A stretch of DNA of 64,000 nucleotides from IMG/VR virus record IMGVR_UViG_3300025869_002060, positions 1-64,000 of that record; one strand, 5' to 3'. Every line of letters starts with the position of its first letter. Position 1 is the stretch's first letter. The notes beneath the pieces were generated by a model. The model saw nothing but the letters and a program-made list of their open reading frames with translations, searched no databases and had not been told where the DNA came from. This document shows, piece by piece, positions 27,136 through 36,634 of this stretch. Both the position numbers and the translations under genes were made by a program.

Positions 27136-27164
27136 TTGACCTTTTGGGGAATCCGTTGTATACT
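27136..27164 (+). promoter_or_regulatory. sigma70-like early promoter
   Basis: TTGACC-N17-TATACT. Confidence 0.75.
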
Positions 27165-27195
27165 GTGTATATAATAAGGAATAGAGGAACACACA

Positions 27196-27738
27196 ATGAA
27201 CGCATTAGTTAAACATATTGAAGCAAAAAATGCAAAAACTCAGGAATGGGTAGATGCTGGTCCAGATCGTTGGGCAGGTATGTTGTCAACTGATGTTGAG
27301 CATTGGGCAGACTATAATGTTACTACTCCAGCCCAGCTGGATAGGTACTTAGATACACAGAGCTTGTATGAGGTGATTTCCGATTGTACCTCCAAGTCGT
27401 ATGCTAGGTCTGAAATAGCCAGGCTTGACACTGTCTCTGAGGAGGATTTCAAGAAGGAGCAGGACTATTGGTTCGCTCAAAGCGAAATTGCATTCAATGA
27501 GGAGGTTGCCGCTAAAGCAAAAGCATTGGCTGACTTTGAAGCTGAGGTTAACGTATGCCTTGAAGCTGGCGCCATTGATAGAGCAACGGCTCTACGTTGG
27601 ATGACTGAAGATGAGAGGTTCTATCATTTACAAGATGTAGAACATTGGGTTTGGGATAAAGGTATCCTATTTACAGACGAAGGCAAGGCTGTCTGTAAGG
27701 AATTAGAAGTTCTTATAGAACATGAGGAGGTAGCATAA
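27196..27738 (+). CDS. early hypothetical protein
   Basis: 180 aa, GAGG SD. Confidence 0.75.
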   Translation: MNALVKHIEAKNAKTQEWVDAGPDRWAGMLSTDVEHWADYNVTTPAQLDRYLDTQSLYEVISDCTSKSYARSEIARLDTVSEEDFKKEQDYWFAQSEIAFNEEVAAKAKALADFEAEVNVCLEAGAIDRATALRWMTEDERFYHLQDVEHWVWDKGILFTDEGKAVCKELEVLIEHEEVA

Positions 27739-27760
27739 TCTGTGATTCCAAAATAAATGG

Positions 27761-27788
27761 TTGACATTTTGGTTAGATGTGTTATACT
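27761..27788 (+). promoter_or_regulatory. sigma70-like early promoter
   Basis: TTGACA-N16-TATACT. Confidence 0.7.
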
Positions 27789-27818
27789 GTATACACAATA
27801 AGAAATTAGGAGCAAGAA

Positions 27819-28148
27819 ATGAGCAAAGAGGTAAACGTAGCAGATATCCTGGACCAGGATGATATGGTTGTAAGCACCAAGGGTTTTACCCGCGGCCAAC
27901 TTAAAACTGCTTTTGACAAGTTGACTGAAAAATTGGACGACTGGAAAATGCCTATTAATACTGTTATCCATATTAAGGATTGGTATTTGATGATTGAGGC
28001 ATGTTCTTTTTTCACTGGTAGCCAGCTCTGGCAAGTTAAGGATTTGGGTCTTGGCCTAATGCACGTTAAAGCAGACGGGTACTACAACACTGAAGCGAAA
28101 TTGTTAGCATTCCAGGTAATTCAACTTCCTGACGCAACAGGTGCATAA
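27819..28148 (+). CDS. early hypothetical protein
   Basis: 109 aa, AGGAG SD. Confidence 0.7.
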   Translation: MSKEVNVADILDQDDMVVSTKGFTRGQLKTAFDKLTEKLDDWKMPINTVIHIKDWYLMIEACSFFTGSQLWQVKDLGLGLMHVKADGYYNTEAKLLAFQVIQLPDATGA

Positions 28149-28159
28149 GGAGATAAGAT

Positions 28160-28504
28160 ATGGAATACCCCTTAGAAATTGTTGACACTGGTGATAGTGT
28201 CCAGTCCTCTGGTACAAGCCTAATAGGTTATGTAAATGCAACCATCACCGAGATTGAAATTCTCTTTGGTGAGAATCTCGGCCCAAGTGGTGATGACAAA
28301 GTGTTCAATGAATTCCGTGGTGAAGTCCAAAGTAGCGATGGAGACGTTGAAACTGTTACAGTTTATGATTGGAAAGAAAAAAGTCCATTTACTGCTCAAT
28401 CAGGAGAGTACCGTTGGCATGTTGGTGGCTTCAATCACGAAGCGGTCTATTTAGTAAATGACCTGCTTGAAGAACTGAGAGTCAAGCATGAAAAACTCAG
28501 TTGA
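28160..28504 (+). CDS. early hypothetical protein
   Basis: 114 aa, AAGGAG SD; GTSLIGY...YDWK...WHVGG pattern. Confidence 0.7.
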   Translation: MEYPLEIVDTGDSVQSSGTSLIGYVNATITEIEILFGENLGPSGDDKVFNEFRGEVQSSDGDVETVTVYDWKEKSPFTAQSGEYRWHVGGFNHEAVYLVNDLLEELRVKHEKLS

Positions 28505-28661
28505 ATTTAACAAAGTCTGGATAAGAGAAAACTTTGAACTTTTTTCGCGGAGGTTGTTTGACTTCCACAGTGAATACAGTGAATCACATGATATCACTGT
28601 TGACGAGAGCCGCAACGGCTTTATTACGTACATTGCCAAACTTGAAAAGGAAACAGTGTAA
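28488..28661 (+). CDS. small early hypothetical protein (57 aa)
   Basis: Read manually, MKNSVEFNKVWIRENFE...; coupled to its neighbours. Confidence 0.5.
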   Translation: MKNSVEFNKVWIRENFELFSRRLFDFHSEYSESHDITVDESRNGFITYIAKLEKETV

Positions 28662-28840
28662 TGGAACTAACTGACCAAGAAGTACTCGATTCAACTCGTG
28701 CCTTTTGGGAGGCTAAATGCAACAAACATATTCAGATGTACGAATACGGCAAGTATTCGTTTGAAGAGTTTGTTACCAATATGTCCCGCATGGGGTGGGA
28801 TCCTCAAGTCGTTGAAGAGCTTGTCTTAGAAGACGCATAA
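28661..28840 (+). CDS. small early hypothetical protein (59 aa)
   Basis: Read manually, MELTDQEVLDSTRAFWEAKC...; TAATG coupling. Confidence 0.55.
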   Translation: MELTDQEVLDSTRAFWEAKCNKHIQMYEYGKYSFEEFVTNMSRMGWDPQVVEELVLEDA

Positions 28841-28854
28841 CAAAGGAGAATAAA

Positions 28855-29091
28855 ATGGGTATCGCATGTGAATATACGTATAAATTTCCGGTTGATGAAT
28901 GGGACCGTATTGGAGGGTTGTATAGCCTAGCTGATGTTCCTGTTGTAAGTCACAAAGACCTTACTCGTCTTGGGGAGATTGTTACACGTGATAAAGATCA
29001 AGAACTCTACGAAGTGGTAGACGACCAGAAAGGTTGGACGTTGGTAGTGCCATTTTCTGATGTAAAACCACTAGAACCTATGCCAGCATAA
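28855..29091 (+). CDS. early hypothetical protein
   Basis: 78 aa, AAGGAG SD. Confidence 0.65.
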   Translation: MGIACEYTYKFPVDEWDRIGGLYSLADVPVVSHKDLTRLGEIVTRDKDQELYEVVDDQKGWTLVVPFSDVKPLEPMPA

Positions 29092-29107
29092 TAAAAAAAT
29101 GCTCCTA

Positions 29108-29155
29108 AAAACCCAGCAGATCGCTAAGTTGTTGATCTTGCTGGGTTTTTTCTTT
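29108..29155 (+). terminator. intrinsic terminator
   Basis: AAAACCCAGCAGATC...GATCTTGCTGGGTTTTTTCTTTT. Confidence 0.7.
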
Positions 29156-29186
29156 TAAAAAAATGCACTTTTCTGGCAGATTTTGG

Positions 29187-29215
29187 TTGACCATTTGGGA
29201 AAGATGTCGTATACT
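29187..29215 (+). promoter_or_regulatory. sigma70-like early promoter
   Basis: TTGACC-N17-TATACT. Confidence 0.75.
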
Positions 29216-29248
29216 GTATACATAATAAGGAATTAGGAGTTATACCAA

Positions 29249-29449
29249 ATGAAAAATACAGTTATATATGGTGCCGTTATTGTAGCAATGTTCGTATCAG
29301 TAGGATATGTTGCAAACAATGCTCTAATGATGCCTGATGTGCAGGTTAGCTATTCCACGAAGCATTGTGTGAAAGTGGTTAACTATGCAGATACCAACTT
29401 CTCATGTGAAAATATGCCCAGCAAATTTAATCATGTTTGGGTCAAATAA
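29249..29449 (+). CDS. small membrane-anchored protein
   Basis: N-terminal TM; C..V...C Cys pair; AGGAG SD. Confidence 0.65.
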   Translation: MKNTVIYGAVIVAMFVSVGYVANNALMMPDVQVSYSTKHCVKVVNYADTNFSCENMPSKFNHVWVK

Positions 29450-29453
29450 GAGG

Positions 29454-29482
29454 TTGACCATTTGTTATTTGTAGTGTATACT
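29454..29482 (+). promoter_or_regulatory. sigma70-like early promoter
   Basis: TTGACC-N17-TATACT. Confidence 0.75.
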
Positions 29483-29527
29483 ACAAGTATAATAAGGAAA
29501 CGACGTTAAGGAATTAAGGAGCCAAAC

Positions 29528-30556
29528 ATGTCAAAGAGTTTTATCAAAATTACAGACGGATCTTATCGTAACACAGACGTTAGCGGTCAGGTGTTCCGTC
29601 TTGCAGATCAATTCAAGAGCACTAACAAAGGTGCCTACGTTACAGTTTACAACGATAACAAGTTTATGGGTATGCCTGAAAAACTTCGTGTTAAGGTAAA
29701 CAACATGAAAGATTATGAGTTTGTATCTGAAGACAACTTCAACGAAGTTGTTAATACAAACGAAGAGCCGTTTGATGAAGAAAAGCGGATGTCGGAAATC
29801 CGTGAGCGGTTTGACATTCTAACAGATATGACGACAGCATGTATTGCTGGTGATATCCGTGCAATGATTGTATCGGGACCTCCAGGTGTTGGTAAGTCTT
29901 ATGGTGTTGAGAAGGAAGTTGACAAGGCTACATTGTTTGATCAACTTGCTGATCGTCCGTTGAAGGCAGAAGTTGTTAAAGGTTCAACCAGTGCTATTGG
30001 ACTGTACACTACACTTTACAAGTACAGTGATGAAAATTGCATGTTGGTTTTTGATGACTGTGACAGTGTACTTGTTGATGATGTTTGTTTGAACCTACTT
30101 AAAGGTGCATTGGACTCAGGTAAGAAACGTAAAATTAGTTGGTTGGCAGACTCCAACTTGCTACGTAGAGAAGGCGTGCCGGATTCATTTGAATTCAAAG
30201 GTTCAGTGGTTTTCATTACCAACCTTAAGTTTGAGAACGTTCGGTCTCAAAAGATGAGAGATCATCTTGATGCTCTTCAGTCACGTTGTCATTATCTTGA
30301 TCTTACTCTTGATACTATGCAAGACAAAATGCTTCGTATCAAACAGATTGCAGGTGATGGTGCCTTGTTTGAAGGTTACAACTTCAGCCAAGAGCAACAG
30401 GATTCAATCATCAAGTTCATGGAAACTAACAAGAATAAGTTACGTGAGATGAGCCTTCGAATGGCTCTTAAGATTGGTGATTTGGTTAAGAGTTTCCCGG
30501 ATCGTTGGGAAGCGATGGCTTTGGTAACTTGCGCCAAAGGTGCAAGTGCCAAATAA
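29528..30556 (+). CDS. AAA+ ATPase
   Basis: Walker A GPPGVGKS, Walker B LVFDDCD, sensor/arginine finger ALQSRC. Confidence 0.85.
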   Translation: MSKSFIKITDGSYRNTDVSGQVFRLADQFKSTNKGAYVTVYNDNKFMGMPEKLRVKVNNMKDYEFVSEDNFNEVVNTNEEPFDEEKRMSEIRERFDILTDMTTACIAGDIRAMIVSGPPGVGKSYGVEKEVDKATLFDQLADRPLKAEVVKGSTSAIGLYTTLYKYSDENCMLVFDDCDSVLVDDVCLNLLKGALDSGKKRKISWLADSNLLRREGVPDSFEFKGSVVFITNLKFENVRSQKMRDHLDALQSRCHYLDLTLDTMQDKMLRIKQIAGDGALFEGYNFSQEQQDSIIKFMETNKNKLREMSLRMALKIGDLVKSFPDRWEAMALVTCAKGASAK

Positions 30557-30607
30557 GGTGGCACCGGCAATTCCTCCTAGCTCCTAAAGCTGGTGTCATC
30601 TACCTTG

Positions 30608-30644
30608 GTGCTCTAGAGTATTTATACTCTAGGGCACTTTTTTT
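30608..30644 (+). terminator. intrinsic terminator (contains TATAAATA on the minus strand)
   Basis: GTGCTCTAGAGTA-TTTA-TACTCTAGGGCAC followed by a T-tract. Confidence 0.8.
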
Positions 30645-30654
30645 ACCATACGAT

Positions 30655-30683
30655 TTGACAATACCTTCTAGCTATAGTATAAT
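30655..30683 (+). promoter_or_regulatory. sigma70-like promoter
   Basis: Consensus TTGACA-N17-TATAAT. Confidence 0.8.
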
Positions 30684-30689
30684 GGAAAC

Positions 30690-31826
30690 ATGATGCAAAA
30701 AGAATTAGAAAAGTTTGAGTCCGTTGAAGAGTACATTCTGTTTATTGCAGGATATCTCAAAAAGCCAAGCGATGAGAGCATGGCAATACCTTCGTTTAGT
30801 ATGCCCAACTCACCTATTAACTTAGCAAGGTACGATGTATCTGTGATTAGTAACTTTGCTCATCAGATACATGACAATATTGGCTTTACATCTAAGCAAT
30901 GTAACTTGGCTGGAAAAATAATTGTTAAGTATCGCAGGCAAATGGCAAAGGTTGGTATTGATGTTGCTCCAGTTGCTAACGGTAATGTTGAAGTTAAATT
31001 GCCTATCAGAGATATTGATTATTCACGTAAGGTTTCGCTTGAACAAGATAGAATTAAAATACGTTTTCCGTTTGATCAAATGCTAGTTCAAAAACTAAGA
31101 ACGTATGGCAAGAACGAGAGTCATGGTTCAGCAATTTGGGATCACGAAGCACGTTATTGGAATCTTGCACTGACAGAATTCAATGTAATGTGGACTCAGG
31201 AGCAATTGGTTAGTGGTCATAACTTTGATGCTGACAAAGAGTTTGACAATGTATACAAGATTTGTAAACAAGCAGTAGGTAGTGTACCTAAACTTAAAAT
31301 AGATGGAGATAAGATCTATATGGACAACTGTCCTGCTAGTTTGGAGAATTTTCTTATTGACAAACTGGGGGATTTCACATTAAATAACATGGTAAAGTTG
31401 ATTGATTATGCTGGTGTGTGTGGGTTTGATGTATCACAAAAACTACTTGATAAATGTACTACTAACGAACTACAGCCATACTTTCTCAACCAAGAGATTG
31501 TAGTTAAAACACCTGAAGAAAAGGACGTTGAAAACCTATTAGAATATATTAAGATGTCAAACCGATTTCCTGTAGTAACATATTGTGTTGGACATGATCA
31601 AGCCTTATACAAAAGGCTTACTGAGCAGTTTAGCAAAACGGCAGTTATTGATATAAAGGAAGTTAAAGAGATTGACCATTTAAAAACTATTCCTTTGTTG
31701 GTTACCAATACAGGGTTAGTTAGGTCAGGCACTACTAGACAACGGTTGTTTCAAATGGCAGAACGAATAGTGTTCTTTTATAAGGACAATGAACCTGATT
31801 CAGTCTACGGTCGAAACTTATTTTAA
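30690..31826 (+). CDS. hypothetical protein upstream of the helicase
   Basis: 378-aa ORF. Confidence 0.75.
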   Translation: MMQKELEKFESVEEYILFIAGYLKKPSDESMAIPSFSMPNSPINLARYDVSVISNFAHQIHDNIGFTSKQCNLAGKIIVKYRRQMAKVGIDVAPVANGNVEVKLPIRDIDYSRKVSLEQDRIKIRFPFDQMLVQKLRTYGKNESHGSAIWDHEARYWNLALTEFNVMWTQEQLVSGHNFDADKEFDNVYKICKQAVGSVPKLKIDGDKIYMDNCPASLENFLIDKLGDFTLNNMVKLIDYAGVCGFDVSQKLLDKCTTNELQPYFLNQEIVVKTPEEKDVENLLEYIKMSNRFPVVTYCVGHDQALYKRLTEQFSKTAVIDIKEVKEIDHLKTIPLLVTNTGLVRSGTTRQRLFQMAERIVFFYKDNEPDSVYGRNLF

Positions 31827-31840
31827 GGATTATGATATAA

Positions 31841-33292
31841 ATGCCAAGATGTGTACTACACGTTAAAGACGAAGTTAATGTTAAGTTAGAAGGATTAGAA
31901 CTTACAGAAAGACGAAAACTTGCTAAGAAGTTTTCTTTTGAAGTGCCTGGTGCAAGGTATATGCCGGCAGTACGTCTTGGTAGGTGGGATGGATGTGTAA
32001 GTTTCTTCCAACTTGGTGGTAGCACATATATCAACTTACTTGATCAAATCTTACCTGAGATAAGTCATTACGAAATTGAAATAGAAGATCACAGAGACTA
32101 CAATACTAAATTTGAGTTTGATGAAGTTTCAGAAACTACATACTCAGATAAAGCATGGCCAAAAGGACACCCAGTTGAAGGTGAACCTATCCTATTAAGA
32201 GACTATCAAGTTGAACTTATCAATAATTTTCTTACCAACCCACAATGTATCCAAGAAGTAGCGACAGGTGCTGGTAAAACAATTATGACGGCTTCATTGA
32301 GTCAGAGTGTAGAGCAGTATGGTAGAAGTATTGTAATTGTTCCTAACAAAAGTTTGGTAACACAAACAGAAGAAGACTATATTAATATGGGTTTAGATGT
32401 TGGTGTATACTTTGGTGATCGAAAAGAGTTTGATCATACACATACTATCTGCACATGGCAAAGTCTAAATATTTTAATGAAGAATACTCGTAACGATACT
32501 GCTAACATCACGATACAAGAGTTCATTGAAGGTGTAGTTTGTGTTATTGTTGATGAAGTACACATGGCAAAAGCAGATGCATTAAAAACTCTGCTAACAG
32601 GTGTTATGTCGCGAGTGCCAATTCGGTGGGGTTTAACAGGTACAGTACCAAAAGAAATGTATGAACAAGTAAGTTTGTTCTGTAGCATTGGTACCGTAAT
32701 CGGAAAACTAAGTGCTAGTGAGTTACAAGAAGCTGGACACTTAGCACAATGCAAAGTAAATGTGGTACAGTTAATGGATCACAGCGAATATAACAACTAT
32801 CAAAGTGAGCTTAAATATCTATTAGAACAACCTGACAGACTTGATTATATTGCAAGTGTAATTGACAAGGTCAAAGAAAGTGGAAATACTTTCGTATTAG
32901 TGGACAGAATAAATGCAGGAAAAGAACTTGAGAAAAGGATTCCGTCTGCCGTATTTGTTAGCGGTGGAACGAAAGCAAAAGAACGTAAGGACCATTATGA
33001 CGAGGTGGCTGATGCAACTAATAAAGTTATTATTGCTACTTACGGTGTTGCCGCTGTTGGCATTAATATCCCTCGTATATTCAATTTGGTATTACTTGAA
33101 CCGGGTAAGAGTTTTGTTAGGGTAATACAGAGTATTGGTAGAGGAATTAGAAAAGCAGAAGACAAGGACCATGTTGAGATATGGGATATCACAAGTACAT
33201 GTAAATTTGCTAAACGTCATTTAACAAAACGTAAACAGTTTTATCGTGAAGCCAACTACCCCTTTCAAATCGAAAAGGTAGAATGGAAATGA
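31841..33292 (+). CDS. uvsW: SF2 DNA helicase (UvsW-like)
   Basis: LRDYQ, ATGAGKT, VIVDEVH, GLTGT, AVGINIP, QSIGRGIR. Confidence 0.85.
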   Translation: MPRCVLHVKDEVNVKLEGLELTERRKLAKKFSFEVPGARYMPAVRLGRWDGCVSFFQLGGSTYINLLDQILPEISHYEIEIEDHRDYNTKFEFDEVSETTYSDKAWPKGHPVEGEPILLRDYQVELINNFLTNPQCIQEVATGAGKTIMTASLSQSVEQYGRSIVIVPNKSLVTQTEEDYINMGLDVGVYFGDRKEFDHTHTICTWQSLNILMKNTRNDTANITIQEFIEGVVCVIVDEVHMAKADALKTLLTGVMSRVPIRWGLTGTVPKEMYEQVSLFCSIGTVIGKLSASELQEAGHLAQCKVNVVQLMDHSEYNNYQSELKYLLEQPDRLDYIASVIDKVKESGNTFVLVDRINAGKELEKRIPSAVFVSGGTKAKERKDHYDEVADATNKVIIATYGVAAVGINIPRIFNLVLLEPGKSFVRVIQSIGRGIRKAEDKDHVEIWDITSTCKFAKRHLTKRKQFYREANYPFQIEKVEWK

Positions 33293-34197
33293 TAAACTGG
33301 AACGAGGATGATGGTGTATTCTTGCCTATGTTAAACGATAAAGGTAGGAATCTATTCTATCAAGATGCACTAGCATTAAAAGCACCAGGCAAAACAGTTG
33401 TAGACATTGGAGCAGGAACAGGCTTTTTAAGTGTATTAGCAATGCGAGCCGGTGCTAAGAATGTGATTGCAGTTGAACAAGACTTTGAACGTTATAATCT
33501 TGCAAAACAAATTATACACGAATGTGGCTTGTCAAAAGATGTAGAACTTGTACATGGTGATTGGCTTGAACAAAATATTACAGGCGACATATATGTAAGT
33601 GAAACAATTGATACACATATATGGAATGAGAACATACTACTCATAAGCGAACATGCAATACGTAATGGTGGAGAATTTATTCCTGGCAGGTTTGAGTACA
33701 GGTTTAAGATATATACCAACCATCCTTTATTTTCAGTATGTCAAAGCGAAAGTGAAGCATTTGATTTTCAGCCAGACATTGAAGTAGACAGTGCATACGA
33801 ACAAGCAATATCTCAAAAAGCACGAGACGAAACACGATTGTATGTAGCCAACCCAATCTTTAACCTGTTTCAGGCTGTTAAGCAGTATCCAACAGATATG
33901 GAACCAGTAATTGGTTGCTTTGAACAGTTACATGTATCAGACTGGTACAAAGTTGATTTAAACGTTGGCGGGCATTCAAACTATTCACAGTTTCAACACA
34001 AATTTAACCTAATGGACTTGCCCAAACGTCATGGTTATTGTATATTAGTAGAGTGGCAAGCAAAAACAGAAGGTATTACAATGGAACTATGGGACACTAT
34101 CTTTGGAACACTGAGCAAAGTAATACCCGAAGGAACTAGCAAAATAGAAACGGGTTACGATTCGTTAATAAAGAAATGGATATTTAAATATGAGTAA
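33283..34197 (+). CDS. SAM-dependent methyltransferase, protein-arginine-methyltransferase-like
   Basis: VVDIGAGTGFLSVLAMRAGAKNVIAVE; DIYVSETID...NE double-Glu-like loop; FIPGR. Confidence 0.7.
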   Translation: MEMINWNEDDGVFLPMLNDKGRNLFYQDALALKAPGKTVVDIGAGTGFLSVLAMRAGAKNVIAVEQDFERYNLAKQIIHECGLSKDVELVHGDWLEQNITGDIYVSETIDTHIWNENILLISEHAIRNGGEFIPGRFEYRFKIYTNHPLFSVCQSESEAFDFQPDIEVDSAYEQAISQKARDETRLYVANPIFNLFQAVKQYPTDMEPVIGCFEQLHVSDWYKVDLNVGGHSNYSQFQHKFNLMDLPKRHGYCILVEWQAKTEGITMELWDTIFGTLSKVIPEGTSKIETGYDSLIKKWIFKYE

Positions 34198-35023
34198 ATT
34201 AATGGTATGTGGCTGTAGTTTTAGTGCTCCGGCTGGAGGTCCAGAGAGTCCGGAAAAATACGAAGCACTAGCAGGCACCGCATACGGAGAAGTACTTGCA
34301 AAAAAATTAAACTGGGACGTTGAAATACTGGCAAGACAGGGTTGCAGTAACGGAGGTATCCGAATACAGATTGATGAAGTGTTACGTCAACGTCCAGACT
34401 TTGCTATTATTGCTCCTACGTTTCATGACAGAATGGAAATACCCGCAAGTGCCGCACCATTTGTTCCTCCTAAAAATGAGAACAAGGGTTGGAATAGTGA
34501 CCTTCAACAACATCTACAAGAAGCACATTTAAATGGATACAATGTTGAAGCGGGAATTAACAATGTTAACTATGGTACCAATCCATACACAATGATTTGT
34601 GAAACTATTTTTAGTCTAGCAGAGAATTATCCTCACCCATATAGAGCTGGACAAATCGACAAGTATACACAAAAGGCAGTAAAGCAGTATATCAATCATA
34701 TGTATGACAGTGAATGGAAATTGCAGATGGATCGCTGGATCATACGTGATGGTATCATGCAATTACATTATGCTAATATACCTTTTCTTCTTATTGCATG
34801 TAATATATGGACCAGCGAAACAGTAAGAGACGAATTCCCAGCAGTGATACCAGATCATTGTTTGACAATAAACTATAATGATACACCAGCATATGCTACA
34901 AATGAATGGCCGTTCCAAGATACCTTAGGTTTTGATCCGGGTTACCACGGTGATCCTAAAAGCCAAGAGTATCTTGCAGACGTATACCATAAACTAATAA
35001 CAAAGAAATGGAAATTAACATGA
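34190..35023 (+). CDS. SGNH-like hypothetical protein
   Basis: CGCSFS, LARQGCSN and C-terminal HGD blocks. Confidence 0.5.
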   Translation: MSKLMVCGCSFSAPAGGPESPEKYEALAGTAYGEVLAKKLNWDVEILARQGCSNGGIRIQIDEVLRQRPDFAIIAPTFHDRMEIPASAAPFVPPKNENKGWNSDLQQHLQEAHLNGYNVEAGINNVNYGTNPYTMICETIFSLAENYPHPYRAGQIDKYTQKAVKQYINHMYDSEWKLQMDRWIIRDGIMQLHYANIPFLLIACNIWTSETVRDEFPAVIPDHCLTINYNDTPAYATNEWPFQDTLGFDPGYHGDPKSQEYLADVYHKLITKKWKLT

Positions 35024-35520
35024 GAATACTTACACTAGAAGATGAACATTTTGATATGACGGCGTTACCTGAAGAAGTAGATGACCTACGTTTTTCAGTA
35101 TTGGATAATAGTGATCCTAAGAATCCTGATTTCTTCTTTATTCCGTTGATATTTTTAGAGAGCTTTAATAGTTCTGCATTGGTATTGACTATTGCTGGTA
35201 AGCAAATACAAATGCCAATGGATTGGCACATACTAATTGGTGAACCTGATATGGGAGACCTAGAAGTAATTCCTCTTACTAGCATTAACGATAGAGGATT
35301 CAAAGCATTTTGTTTTAATTCATTAAGTTCATTTAGACCTGAGTTTGGAGATATTGAAATTGTAGATATCTACCAAGATGTTAAATGGTATTTTCCTAAA
35401 CTTAGACCAGGGCAACTGTTAGCAGTACCAATTGACACTGGTCCAAAGCCTAGGTGTGCATACTTTGTAAATGATATTAGTAGACTTAGCGAGGTAGTTG
35501 ACTATGCAAAAATCTGGTAA
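35020..35520 (+). CDS. conserved hypothetical phage protein
   Basis: MRILTLED...YFIPLIFLESF...; coupled to the previous gene. Confidence 0.7.
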   Translation: MRILTLEDEHFDMTALPEEVDDLRFSVLDNSDPKNPDFFFIPLIFLESFNSSALVLTIAGKQIQMPMDWHILIGEPDMGDLEVIPLTSINDRGFKAFCFNSLSSFRPEFGDIEIVDIYQDVKWYFPKLRPGQLLAVPIDTGPKPRCAYFVNDISRLSEVVDYAKIW

Positions 35521-35854
35521 TGATATTCATGTAACGATTGATAACATTGGTGGCAAGGTTATCAAAGACACGGAGAAATATGAGCTAACTGACAATTCTC
35601 ATTTAAATAACTTAGTACTAAGTAAAACTAGATTGAGAGCAAACCAATCAACAAATGGTCATCGACATAGCGGTCAGGAAGAAGTCTACTATTTTATTGC
35701 AGGTGAAGGTAAAATGGAATTAGACTATAAAGAAATAAATGTAAAACCTGGCGACATTGTATTAATTGAAGATAATGTATTTCATAAGGTGCATAATACT
35801 GGTGATTATTATTTAGATTTTATTTGCGTATTTGAAGGAAGAAGGAAACATTAA
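35498..35854 (+). CDS. cupin-domain protein
   Basis: GHRHSGQEEVYYFIAGEG...PGDIVLI...FHKVHN. Confidence 0.85.
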   Translation: MTMQKSGNDIHVTIDNIGGKVIKDTEKYELTDNSHLNNLVLSKTRLRANQSTNGHRHSGQEEVYYFIAGEGKMELDYKEINVKPGDIVLIEDNVFHKVHNTGDYYLDFICVFEGRRKH

Positions 35855-36393
35855 TGCAGGCACGACTAGCGGTCGCACACCCAGATGATTGTTGCATCTT
35901 TGGTTGGCCGCTTATATATATGACTAGAAGAGTATGGCGCTGGTCCATTGTATACTTAACGTATAACGAAAGTGATCCACGAGCTCAAGAAGCGACAGCC
36001 TTCTGGTATAAACACAAAGTCTTAACTGAATTCTTAGGTTTTGAAGACCATTATAGAGATCTTGAACAAGGGTTTATTAGCACATTTAACGAAGAAGAAG
36101 CATCACAAGCATTACAAGAAAATCTTAAAGACGTTGATTTAATTGTTACTCATGGTGCCGAAGGAGAGTACGGACATATACATCATAAGTTTGTTCACAA
36201 TGTAGTAAATCTTATGCCTCAACCTAAGATTTATTTCTCTCCAAAAGAAACTAGCAATGCTGGAGTGACAGCTCCTACTTTTAGTTTGAACGATTGGCCA
36301 TTGCACCGCGAAGTAATTGAAGGATTTAAGGATAGAGAACATGGGTATTATTGGGTCACAGAAGAAGCTAAACGCCGACAGCTTTATATATGA
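35854..36393 (+). CDS. PIG-L/LmbE-family deacetylase-like protein
   Basis: VAHPDD and THGAEGEYGHIHH motifs. Confidence 0.75.
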   Translation: MQARLAVAHPDDCCIFGWPLIYMTRRVWRWSIVYLTYNESDPRAQEATAFWYKHKVLTEFLGFEDHYRDLEQGFISTFNEEEASQALQENLKDVDLIVTHGAEGEYGHIHHKFVHNVVNLMPQPKIYFSPKETSNAGVTAPTFSLNDWPLHREVIEGFKDREHGYYWVTEEAKRRQLYI

Positions 36394-36634
36394 AAGCCCA
36401 GATGGTGGCAAGACTGTTTACACAAGACGGTTTGGAGATCCGGTAACTAAAAGGACTCTTGTTATTGGAAAAGAAAGACTGGAGTCTGTGTGCAGACAAG
36501 AACAAGAAGAAAAAGAAATGATACAGGATATTTTGGTAAAATCAAAATCAAATAAGGCCTTGCAAAATGCACTAGACCATGTTAAACTAATTTATAATAT
36601 AGTAAAAGAAAGCACAGATAAAAATGGCAAATGA
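36341..36634 (+). CDS. hypothetical protein
   Basis: YESPDGGKTVY motif; start uncertain. Confidence 0.55.
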   Translation: MGIIGSQKKLNADSFIYESPDGGKTVYTRRFGDPVTKRTLVIGKERLESVCRQEQEEKEMIQDILVKSKSNKALQNALDHVKLIYNIVKESTDKNGK

